A stretch of 52,166 nt of DNA, filler included, from Bipalium vagum (Eukaryota), in NCBI GenBank assembly GCA_037834085.1. It is 2 parts of 2 records of this genome, joined end to end, with 100 filler letters (N's around TTAATTAATTAA, not from the genome) between each part and the next. Parts side by side here need not be neighbours in the genome. Positions count along the whole stretch, not along the records: positions 1 to 24,017 come from JBBMKC010203712.1; 1 more part is not named here. One strand, written 5' to 3'. Shown here piece after piece: positions 1-11,913 of the stretch; positions within the stretch are counted from its first letter, which is position 1, and the number at the start of each line of letters is the position of its first letter. The notes beneath the pieces were generated by a model. It did no database searches. It worked only from the letters and a program-made list of their open reading frames with translations, and was not told the origin of the DNA. The position numbers and the translations under genes are program-made.

Positions 1-22
1 TTATTATTATTATTATTATTAT
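1..22. repeat. (TTA)n microsatellite at window/contig start
   Basis: Direct tandem TTA units. Confidence 0.85.
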
Positions 23-2229
23 CAGTATTAGTATTTTGTTTTCAAAGCTCACTTGTCTCAAAAGATTTTTTCTGGAATTTAAAATTCTAATATTTTCCTG
101 TAAAAATTTAAAATCGTTTTAATAATCCAAAGCAGTGGAAAACTGTATTATACTTTCTTTGTAATTAAAGTCTCAAAAATAAATGGTTGGAATGTATTAA
201 TTAATCAGTAAATATTTCTGCTAATATCGTTAGAAACTGAACAGATTTTGCGTTTTGCTCAAACAATTGTCAAATGGCCAATTGACCCTTCACATAATAA
301 ATGATAAATTTATTAAATTGCCGTTGATCTCAATATAACACTTATAAATTGTGATTGTATTCATAACGGTACTCTAAATTATTCTACTTTAAACTTCACA
401 AATGAGTTTTCAAAAACTTTATAAGAAGTAGTTACAAATCTCATTACATTCTGTCCTTGAAGGCATAAACCAGTTTTCTTTTGCTGATAGACTTAATAGC
501 GTGAAAGATGATTTTTTAAAAATTACAGATAAAATTAAAGTAGACCTCTCTGCTCAATTTAGAAATGATTTTAAATCTCTTTTTATTAATTATTGCCTTT
601 ATTTGTTCATTTTTAATTGTTATTATTTAGTGACAGTTTAATTTTCATTGGATAATTTTATATTATCATGAATTAAGGTTATAAACATTATCAATTTATT
701 AAGTGTTTTCATTCTTTTTTTTCATGATTAAATTTTTTTGTTTTCAGAGAAGTTTGTTACAAAACTTTTTATTAACAATAGTACACATTAAATATTCAGA
801 AGCGAAGTTTATTTTATATTTGAGAATTATTTTTAAAAATAATATAATTAAAAAATGAAATAATTACTAACTTAAACAAAGCATTCCTTATTCAGAAGAA
901 TCTGTGGCTTCTATAGTAATAAAGATAAAACAATATTAGAATTTAATTAAGCTTTCACTGCAGCAAAATTCTGTGATTTCCAAAGGTCATCAAATCCATC
1001 ACCGGAAGCATCAGACAGTACTGAAACCAAGCCGACAAAACCGGAATCATCAAAAGGTAATACAGTAGAACTAAAATCAAAGTAGCCTACCAAATATTAA
1101 GGACAAGAGCTCAGTCTAAGTCATTACAGTTTCTAATTTAATACTTAATATTTACATTTTGTGATTTATTAATAATTTTACATTCTCATGTACATTTTGC
1201 AATTGTCTTGATATCTTCAAAATTAATTTTATATATATTCATTTATATAATTTATAAATATAATTATATAAATTATAAATAAATAATTCTCTATCAGATG
1301 TTCTTTGTAAAGTTGCTACAATGTTTAAAATTAATAACAAATATAGTAGATGGAATACCTTAAAGGATTAAATATTTAATTATGTACGAAATAATTAATT
1401 ATAAGGGACATAATAAACAGAAAAATTTAGTTTCTTAAGATAAAAGTACAAGCAAAAAACGTTGATTGAAATTAATTACCAAGTTCGTTTTGTGCATGTT
1501 TTTACTTTTATCCGTTTGTTCTGTTTTTAATCTTTATTTTTTATTTTGTTTCATAAATTATGACGTAAAACTTGATTCAAAAATTCATATTTGTAATAGT
1601 TACTTATTTTGATTTCGATTTTTGCGTATTGCATTTTTATAATAATATTAAAGAAGTAAATTAAATTCTTTAATAGTACAAATTTTGATTACTGTGCGTA
1701 CGAAGTCTATTATTGAGGACTTGACTGACCAAAAACCTTTTTACAGGCTGGGAAACGTGTGTGAATACACATACGTATCAAGTAAAATTTTACCAAAAAT
1801 ATAGTCATAAATAAATGTTTAACTTTTTCTTGTCTTTTTAAAAATCGTTCTATTGCTAAATAAATAATGAATATATTTCCCTTGAGAGTTATAGGTCACA
1901 AAATAATGTATTTTTATATAATATTAAAATATTCCAAATTAAACAAAAGAACAATTTGAAAATGTCTTTTTAATACTTCAGAGCGTATTATTAAATTTCT
2001 GACCTCTTTCACATTTTCTTGTTTTACCTCACCTATTTCTCATTTTTAAATCATTTTATTCAGGAAGCTTAATTTTAATTTTAGTAAAAATATTAACTTA
2101 ACTTAACAAATTACATTTTATACAGCTTGCTATACAAATAATTGAACTTTATTGATACACAGTAAAATACGCATTATATTATCAATTATCATATTATATA
2201 ATAATTATTCAAAATAGATTTTATGGGAC

Positions 2230-2720
2230 TCGATGCAACATCTGACATGATTAGCTAGTGCATGAATAGATTTTTCGAAGTCATTTAAGGGAATTTTCTT
2301 GAGCACTCGTGTGACAGCTTTTTAATAGCTTGAAAATCATCATAATGTACACCTTGCAATGCCAATTTCAGTTTTTGGAATAGAAAATAGTTGCATGGTT
2401 AAAATTGTCCAAATGATAAAGAAACTTGTATTTAATTCTTCTGCTAACATTCTCACAGTCATTTACCATCAGAAGCAATGATTTCACGTAATTTTCCCAC
2501 CAAATGTGTACGATTTTCAGCATCCGGACGTCCAGGCTTTTCATCGTCATTAAAATCATCATGACCATTTTTAAATCGTTTAAGTCATGCATAAACTTGT
2601 GTACAAAAAATTCAATTATTACCATAATCTTTTTTCACCAAATTATAAGTCTGTAAATTTTTTCAAGATTTCAAAAAGAAAATTTAATATTTGCTCCTTA
2701 TTCCGTAGTAAATCTATAAC
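2230..2720 (-). mobile_element. Decayed mariner transposase N-terminal (HTH) fragment
   Basis: Minus-strand frames read TQVYA*LKRFKNGHDDFNDDEKPGRP...REIIASDG / MTVRMLAEELN, the typical mariner HTH region, with stops and frameshifts. Boundaries approximate. Confidence 0.7.
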
Positions 2721-4078
2721 ATAAGCATGATATATACCTTTATTTTAATAAAAATAGAATTCAAATCTGTTATTCGAATAAAATAAATTCTGATGATTTT
2801 CAAAGATGAATGGTCTAATTTTAAATTAAAGATTAGTTTAAACAAATGAAACTTTTAGTTTATGATTTAAATCAAAAGTTTAATTACTTATAAACAAATT
2901 GTGTATATTATTTTAACATTAATTCATTAATTCTTATATTCAATATTTTTAAGTCTTGGTCCTTTAGATTGAAGTATAACATCATAGAGTATAAACACGA
3001 GTTTTAAAATCAAGTTTTTAAATATTTGGAAACTTTTATAATATAATATTTTTCATTGTTTATTAATATTAATACCACTATCACTTTCAATATTCCTTTA
3101 TAACATGAAACTGATAATCTTCAAATTATACCTCCGTAAGCCATGATGTAACCTTATTTCATAATCTTAACTGAACCAACAAAATTTGTATTATTCATTA
3201 CAATATTATTATAATATATTATTATTCCAAACAATTTTTGAAACGAAACAGAAGTTAAGAAATTTGGTCTTATTTATGTTTGTTATATTCATTTTCTCTG
3301 CAACACGTAGTTGACTTGTGTAAAAATAATAAACAGTAAGTTTAGGTAACTAATATTATAGATGACAAAAGATATTCCAACAATTGATGTCATTGTATTT
3401 CTTCAATAAATTAATTTTATTAAAATATACCAGAAGAAGTCGAGAGCAGGTAATTTAAATTATTTTTTCAGTTAATTTGATGTGCTTGGGAATTAGAATA
3501 TATTTTCTATCTTCGACTTATTATTTAAAATAGAAAAAATATTTTAATAGAAATCAATAAAATTTTATAAATAATCGAGAAATTACAATTTTCAGAAAAA
3601 ATATCAAAGGTTTCAAATTGTTATCAATAAAATAAAAATATGTTGAAAGAATAAAATAAAGAGAATAAGTATTATAATTTATTTTTAGCTTTTATGCAAA
3701 AATATTTCTGGTATAACAAGAAATGTTAAATATAAAATTTGAAAGATATTTTATTTATACATTTTGAATATTCACTGTTTATTTTTTATTATTAATTATT
3801 ATTTTTTTTATTTATTATCAATTAAATTAAAAAATGAAAAATCACTATTTATTTTTAGTAATAGTCAATTTATTTTTAAAAAAATAATATTAAATCTCAG
3901 ATTTTTGGTAAATTTTTAAATAGGAGACTGAAAAATCAATCTTGATTTATTAAAAATATTTTTATCTAAATCATACTAAATTATTCAATATATACCATTT
4001 AGCTTCATTTTTCGATTGATGGACATAATATATTGATGTTCTGATATCTGTTGTTTAAGACTTTCTCGAATGTACTTC

Positions 4079-4489
4079 CTAAATAGTGAATAAAAGTTCG
4101 TTTATTTCCAGTTTTACAGACTTATATATTTCTTTATTTTCAGGATCCCCATAATAATATCTAGCATATGCATTGTGAAATCTTTCTCGCATTTGACGTT
4201 CTTTTTTTGTTCTGCAAGAATGATTGAAAGCATGTTGATCTTCTGTTTCTAAGAAAACCGTTCTTCGAGTTTGAGGATCAGGATGAAGTACATTAATTTT
4301 CTTACACAAATCTGGTGGGAATGAAACTAAAGCGGGATAAGGATCAAATGCATTTGTGTTTGGAATATTAATTGCTTGACTTCGTCTAACTGGTACAGCT
4401 TTTAATAATGTGGCAGGTTTAACTGTCATCATTATAGAATCTGATGGGCTGGTCATTCTGGGTAATTTATTTAAATCTTGCAATTTCAT
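4079..4489 (-). CDS. Uncharacterised single-exon 136-aa protein
   Basis: ATG-to-TAG ORF of 411 nt with normal amino-acid composition and GC clearly above its flanks. Promoter-like motifs lie ~140-210 bp upstream. No family recognised. Confidence 0.65.
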   Translation of the reverse strand: MKLQDLNKLPRMTSPSDSIMMTVKPATLLKAVPVRRSQAINIPNTNAFDPYPALVSFPPDLCKKINVLHPDPQTRRTVFLETEDQHAFNHSCRTKKERQMRERFHNAYARYYYGDPENKEIYKSVKLEINELLFTI

Positions 4490-4630
4490 AATTTTGAATA
4501 TCTAAAATTATCTTATATTTCAACACATTGTAAATAAATGAATAATAGTAATTTTATTGAGTAAATATCACTCTAGTTTATAAATGCATATAAAATTTAC
4601 TTATACTTATAAACGCTAAAAATTATCTCA

Positions 4631-4697
4631 GCCAATAACTAAAAAAATTATACTATCACAATAACCATTGCAACGACTGTTGCTGGTAACACCAATT
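4631..4697. promoter_or_regulatory. Candidate bidirectional promoter core: two CCAAT boxes flanking two RFX X-box-like motifs
   Basis: GCCAAT at 4631, ATAACCATTGCAAC at 4661-4674 (reverse complement GTTGCAATGGTTAT), GTTGCTGGTAAC at 4679-4690 and ACCAAT at 4691, between divergent starts at 4489(-) and 5144(+). Confidence 0.5.
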
Positions 4698-5143
4698 AAA
4701 ATACAACTAAATAGATGCTTTAGGAATACTGTCGGACTATCCACCATAATTAACCATCAATCATCAAGCTATATAATTATAAGTTATAAGAAGCTATTAT
4801 TTTTATTGAACGATTCTATATCTTTATATTAATAATTACTGTAATCGAAAATTTAATTATTTTATTTTTAATTTTAATATTAAAAAATATCTTAGTAATA
4901 TAATATAGATTGTAATAATAATAAAAATATTATTTATTTATATTAAATTTATAAAACAATCATTTTTATTTTATTTCAAAATTTTCTGTTAACTACATAT
5001 TTTGGTTTGTTTTACTACTTCAATTTAATTAACATATTGAAAAGATAACAATTTAGGTATGACTAATTTTCATGATTTATATTTTGTTTTTTAATTCTGT
5101 AGCTATGGTTTCCGTGTTTTAAATCCTTAATTTTCAGTAATTG

Positions 5144-8100
5144 ATGTCTTCAGATAGAGGAGATAGTGGTCGCAAGAAAGCTCGTCCTCCAGCTTTTAGA
5201 AACTTACAAAGTGATAAAATTCCAGAATCTCTTATTACACCTCAATCGGAATCAATTCAACCAGTTACTCTAAATGCCAACTCAGTCGCGAACCTAACTG
5301 ACCATACGGAAGTTCAAGTGAATGGAAAGAAAATAACAGTAGCAATAAAAGATATGGAAATTATTAATAAACTTGGCAAGTACTTTCACTATAGAATATG
5401 CCAATGAATAATACATATATCATTTATCATTCAGGAGAGGGTCAATACGGAGTTGTTGAAAAAATGCGACATAGATCATCGAATTTAATTTTTGCAGTGA
5501 AAAAAATCAGATGCTCTATGAACGACAATGAACAGAGACGACTTCTCAATGACCTCAATATAAGTATGCGTAGTACGCAGTGTCCATATGTTGTTGTAAG
5601 TTACGGGGCAATGTTCCAAGGTGGCGATGTTTGGATTTGTATGGAATTACTGGATTCTAGTTTAGATAAATTTTATCATAAGGTATTTTTTCTTTTTGTG
5701 TAGATAGTTTACGGAAATATTCTCTAATCAGTTTAAAGTTTTTATTTGTCAGATTTGAATATTTAAGAAAAAGATTTAGTGGTCTCGATTTATTATCTAC
5801 TTGGCATTTATTTCAAAAAATAGTCTTTAATTGAAGTATTCTATTTATCTCATGAATAAAAAAAATATATAAATAGAATTTTGATTTGGTACTGGAAATC
5901 AGTTATGTAAGGTCAGGTCAAGTTTATCAATTAGCCGAGTGGAAAACCTTTTTTAGAATTTTTGAAAATCAGTCACATTTAATCACGACATGGTCTTCTT
6001 ATCTATTATGTATAAAATGGACATATTTTCACTCGATTTCTTAAATTGTAATTGTGCTCTACTGAGTCAAAATATTAAATTATTACAATCTTGTTTTAGG
6101 TAGTATAAATGGAAAATTAATTTTTTTCATACTTTTGGTGTAAAATTTGTCATTCAAAAGATCAAAATAAATCGAGATTACAAAGGTAACCTCATTTTTG
6201 ACAATTACTAGATATTTTGTCTTCAGAATTTCAGTAATTTTATCTCATTATAAATCAATTTTTATATCATGTGAAATTACTTTTGAGGAATATTAATATT
6301 TATTAATCATTTCTGTTCTGAATGGGACCAATTTCTTATTTTTTAATCATAGAACTCAAGAATGTTTTTCAGTTATTGAATAATTCTTTTGATAATTTGA
6401 ATTTTCTAAACAATAATAACTTTCATTGATCTCACTTGATATCACTTAGTAGTTTCATTTTAACTTTTTCAACTAAGGTATTTTCACATTTAAAGTGTTT
6501 TAATAGTATAAATAATTTATTTTCAGTTCAAATATTTCCACTAAAAGTCGTTTTTAAATATATCAGAGCTGAAATGTTAAAGATTCAGTTTTTTGTTTTT
6601 ACAATGCTAGACTGCTTCCTCCCTTGTAACTGGTAGGTATAAATTTGTTGAGCATTTTCTTTGTTGTAATTGTGAAGTTGAAAATTTCATTTTCCAGAAA
6701 ACCATTTTTTTAATATTAAACTAAATTATATTGATTAAATCGATTATTTTTAATTTTAAATTGATCAATAAATATAAGGTCATCTGACTTGTTATTAAGA
6801 TTATAAATATCGTTTTATTACTATTATGATTAAAATTTACATTGTTCAACTTAGGACATTTGACTTGAAGAGCGTATTGAATATTATTAATCTTAGTTTA
6901 TAATTATATATTTTGAGAAAGATTTTGATTTATTACATTCAACATTATAATTGAGGAAGAAAGTTTTTGAATTAAAATATTATATTACGCTTTATTTTCA
7001 ATTATTGATTTTCAATTTTGTCAAATTGCAAGGCAGAGTTGTTAAGTTTCTTCTATTGTTAGGTCAAAAAATATCAATTTTAAATGACACCATCCATATA
7101 TCATGACGTAACAAAAAATATTCATAATAAATGTTAATTAAATATTGTGAAATTAATCTTTTTCCAGCTTTCTGTCGTTGCCTTGTATACTAAGAAATCA
7201 AATATTAAATAACTAATTATAAAAGAAAAGTTTTTTGTTACATTGTTTTGATATTTTATCTATTATACTGTTAATCAAAAAGGAGAATGAGTTAATCCTT
7301 TACTCTTCGTAAATAATCATAAAGATTTGTTACAAATAATGTTCGTTATTTCCTTACGTAACAATTTATAAACAAATTTTCTTAAATTTCATTATCAGCT
7401 GTTACGATATTATCAGTGTCAGTCTGTTAATCATGAATAAAATAAATTGATTATAATTCTAAAAATATAATGATTATCTTGTCTGAAAATTTCTGAAACT
7501 GATTTTCCAGTCGCCTGTTTCAAGAAAAACAGGATTCGTTAAAAAAGATTTAGTTTTTGACTTATCTGATAAAAATTACGTTCGTCTTTTATCAAGTCTT
7601 GTGGAAATCGGTATCTAGTTAGGTTGCATAAATATCGGAACTGACAATTATCCTTTTACATTTGGCTTGCTCTTGTTAATTGGCCATAAAATATATCATC
7701 AGTTCATTAGTCGGTTCTCTGATTAATGAGAAAGCTCTATTAAAAGTAAAAATAATTTGGTTGAAATAAGTCGTAAATGTTTTCTTTTTTATTCAAATTA
7801 ATATTCATGTTCAAATTTTTAAAAATATCGTTTAATTCAAAAAAATTAAATTAAATTAAAATATATCTGGAAAGCATTTTGTTTCGACGAAAATTTTTCA
7901 ATTTTACAAAGGAATTTTATTATAATTTAAAGATTATTTACAGTTTTGCGAAAACAAAAAATTATAAATTATTTGGCTTTGTAACGTATCCAAAACTAAA
8001 TAAGAAAATCTAGTACAATAAAATGGTGATTTGATTATTTTGAGCCACGGAGTTATTTGTCACAAGAGTCTTACATAAACATAAAAAAGTAAATATCACA

Positions 8101-10848
8101 AAAGTATAGAAAATTGATTTTTTTAAGACAAAGTTATTTATTATCCATAGAGATTGAATTACCTGTCTACATTATTACCAAAGTCCAATTAGTAATATTA
8201 GTCATAAAAGTCATATATATATTATTTTTATGTTTCTAATAAAAAGGTTGTTTAATATTCCGATAGAACTTATTCAACCTAAATTAAAATATTAATTTAA
8301 TAAAAAATTAAATTTTAATAATTTAAAATCTATTTTTGATTTAAGTGTGGTAAACTTCATTAATTTCGGATTTAAAAATTTTAAATGACGGTGGAACTTT
8401 TTGATAAAAAATTTGATAATGTTGTATTTGTATATTATAAAGTGATTGTTTGACAAAAATTCAAATAATTGTACTCTTAAAAGTAAATTATATTAAAATA
8501 ATAATAAGTAATAATAATATTATCATTAAACAAAATTTCTTCTTTCTGTGTAATACTGCACAAATTTGCCTTTCAATAAATCTTTATTCAGAAATATTTT
8601 TGTTTTAAGATAATTCATGATACTTTTCGTTAAATGTATAAACCATGCCATTCAAGCAATATATATGATATCTTAAATTTTTAAGTAAGTATTAATAATT
8701 TTTTTATTGTCTTGATTATTATATATTGTAAAAATTATGTAATATTTTATCTTAATAAATTTAAAAAATCCTAATAATATAATTAAAAGAATTTTTTCAT
8801 TTTATTATCGTCACAAATATTGAGGTTTTTCCGAACTGTAAATTTTTTGGCGACAATTTGATTTTAGAATCAAAGTGTAGGATCATTAGATATGTAAAGA
8901 AATTAATTGATGTTGAAAAAAATTAATGCATACGTTCATAAGTATCATTAATTTTTTCTTTATCTTGTTCCGTTAATTTATTTATACTTTTAAAACAGTC
9001 CAATTTTAAGAGATTTTAAGAATTATTCTTTTTACTAATCAATATTTGTAATCATCCTTGAACATCCTTAATTTATTATATTTTTTCTTAGATATCTTTA
9101 ACTCTTTATTTTTAATTATACCCTGAGATAATCCAACAGACTAAACTCCATAAAATGTTTCAAACCACTTTTGAGAATTTCCTTCAAAATTAAACTAGGA
9201 CATTTTATTTTATATTTTTGGTTTGTAAAATTTCAGTTTTTAAATTTAAACTAACTTAAAATATTTTAAAATCAAAAAGAAAGTTGTTTTAACAGTTTTT
9301 ACTTATTATATTTTTTATTTATATTGAAAGATTAAATAATTACCTGAAATAAAATTATTGATTAATTGTTAAAATACTTTTTTTATAAAAGCAAAACCAG
9401 CTTAATAATTTTGAAAAATAAATTCTTAATGAAAAATCATTGATATTTTTGGGTAGATATTTAAAAATAGCTTTTTGTCTTAATATTTTATTTAAAATTT
9501 TTTATTTAATTTAAAAAAAATGAAACTAGTTATTGAAAAGTCTAAATTCGATAATTGGAATACTCATTGCACGTGACATCAGTCAAATATCCAACCGTTG
9601 GCATGAATAATTGGAACTATCGTTATTATAATTCATTTTATTATTATTAATTCTGTCCTTACTACACACACGAGCAAGCATACACACACGCAGATATATG
9701 TACTGGCACACATACAAAACATACGAAATAACATGACTTGTTCATCGTATTGGCAATTAAATAATCAATGAATTCTGAATTGAGGTTTTCATTATGTCTG
9801 CCAGAGCTGCAGAAATCTGTAAAGACACCTTCCGTTATTGCGGAAATCATGATACGATTTTTTACATGTCAGACCGCAGTAATCTACTTGATCAAATGCA
9901 CCTATCGAAAATCGGTGTTAATATTAATCTAACATCATTTATGACTTTCAAAGACAACTTTTAAATAAGGCATTTAGGATAGCTTTAGACTCGTTCTTGG
10001 ATTTATTAGAGAACTATTATTATCCGAGAAAGATTTAGTTAATCAATAGAAAAAATTGTTAATTGTGAAAATTCCTTTCACTCCCCTTTGAATGTAATTT
10101 CAGGCCACAATCATTTAACTGACAATTCACTTTTACCTTGAATAATGGGAAATGAATCGATATGTGTTGATTGTTTCATTGAGAAAAAAAGTGCTTTTTT
10201 GAGACAAATTAATTAAGATTATTCATTTCCTTTCCATTTCAGATTACGCAGATTAATCCCAATGACTTTATCCCGGAGCAATTATTAGCTTATATTACCT
10301 TCTGTGTGGTCACGGCACTGGAATATTTGCACCGGGAGCTGAAAGTCATCCATCGAGATGTGAAGCCAAGTAACACGCTTATAGATAAGCGCGGCCGTGT
10401 CAAAGTCTGTGATTTCGGAATTTCAGGCGACCTCATAAATTCAATGGCCAAGACCAACGTGGGCAGCCAGCCCTACCTGGCTCCGGAGCGTATCAATCCT
10501 GACAGGAGCGGCTCCGGATACAGTATTCGGTCAGACGTATGGTCTCTAGGTCTATCGGTTCTGGAGCTGGCGATTTGTCGATTCCCTTACTCTCGTTGGA
10601 ACTCACTTTTCGATCAGCTAAAAGATGTTGTGGTCAGCGAGACCCCTCCAGCGCTTCCAGAGAAGTCGGTTTACAGCAACACAGTGCGTTGTTTCATTTC
10701 ACTCTGCCTTGTGAAAAATGAGTGTGATCGTGCCTCGTACGGGAAGCTGATTGAACACGAAATGCTGAGTCCTTTCAAAAATGCGACATACTTGCAGGAC
10801 AGCAAGATTCTTTTCGCCGATTACGCTTCTCGGATCTTGGGAAGTTAA
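5144..10848 (+). CDS. MAP2K6: Dual-specificity MAP kinase kinase, MKK3/MKK6 (p38 activator) family; exons 5144-5375, 5435-5682, 10243-10848; ~361 aa
   Basis: Spliced frame gives LGEGQYGVV glycine loop, FAVKKI, EQRRLLNDLNISMR, GDVWICMELLDSSLDKFY, HRDVKPSN, DFGISG..SMAKT and APER. The SxAKT activation motif and ISMR segment are MKK3/6-like. Splice phases are consistent. Confidence 0.9.
7150..7700 (-). mobile_element. Possible heavily decayed piggyBac transposase fragment in MKK intron 2
   Basis: Minus frame IS*QLIMKFKENLFINCYVRK*RTLFVTNLL*LFTKSKG loosely follows the piggyBac IDEQ..FKG...Y...KP.KFG.K.W block. Many stops. Confidence 0.3.
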
Positions 10849-11913
10849 TGAACAGTTTCTCTAGGAACCATCTCTACCTGTGTGTCTCTCTGTTGGTGCG
10901 TGCGTGCTTGTTTTTTGACTCTATTTTACGTTTATTGTCCGTGCTTCGTCGAGAAGGCCAAATGAGACTTTTTGGTGAAAAACGATCGGGACGATATTCC
11001 AAAATTCGATGATTTTACACTTTTAAATATAAAAATTTGAGTTTTAGATTTGTTTTTATGTATCAATATTTTTCGATAAATGTCATGATAAAATTTTTTT
11101 TCGGAGGAGGGGGATGTGATCACACCGTGTGTCTTCATCGATCAGAATCGTGAATGAGTTTCGATTGAATTTGAAGATCAATTAATTTCTGATATTAAAA
11201 AAGTTATCCAGTTTTTGTTTCTCTTCGCTTTGAAACATGTTTTCTTTGAGAATATTAACAGTGATGTTTTTAATCTATTAAATTCTACATTATTATAAAT
11301 TTATATATTATTTATAATGTAACATTTAATATAAAAGACTTAAAATCAACTTTTTATTATTAAACTATTTTCTTGGTATTTTAAAAAGTCCCGCGATTTG
11401 AATACACTCATTATAATGTAATTTTCGAAAATTTTAAATTAATCGGTTTAAAATAACAGAAATAATTCATACGTATTTTGTTTATTAATTTAAAATAGCA
11501 TTTTAAAAAATCTTTTTCTCTTAATTTAAATTAAAAAATGAATAAAATATGATTTAAATAATTACTTCAATCAAATTTGAAAAAATATTTTTATAAATTC
11601 TTTGTTTTAAAACTTTAATAAATTCATTAAATATTAAAAAATTATTTTTGATTATTTAAATTGTTTTACTGTATTAAAATTTTAATTTAAAGAATTTTTT
11701 ATTTATTAGACATTGCAAGACTTAAGCCGATCTGTAATATTTAAATAAATTAAAACAAACATTAAAGGTTTCAAATTATTAAAATTCAAAATAGATTAAA
11801 TTTTAATGATTTTTCAATTTGCATTTAAACAAAAAATGTATGTGAATAATCTATTAAAAATAGAAAAACTTTGTTTAAATACATTAAGTTTAGAAACATA
11901 TTCTTAAGCTCAA

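Noticed and set aside
6436-6636. Short F/I/L/K-rich ORFs (also 24283, 24918, 34518, 46125, 48004)
   Set aside because: Composition simply mirrors AT-rich intronic DNA.
10539-11138. ORFs 10539-10721(+) and 10932-11138(-)
   Set aside because: Alternate frame of the kinase exon and antisense to its 3' UTR; no motifs.
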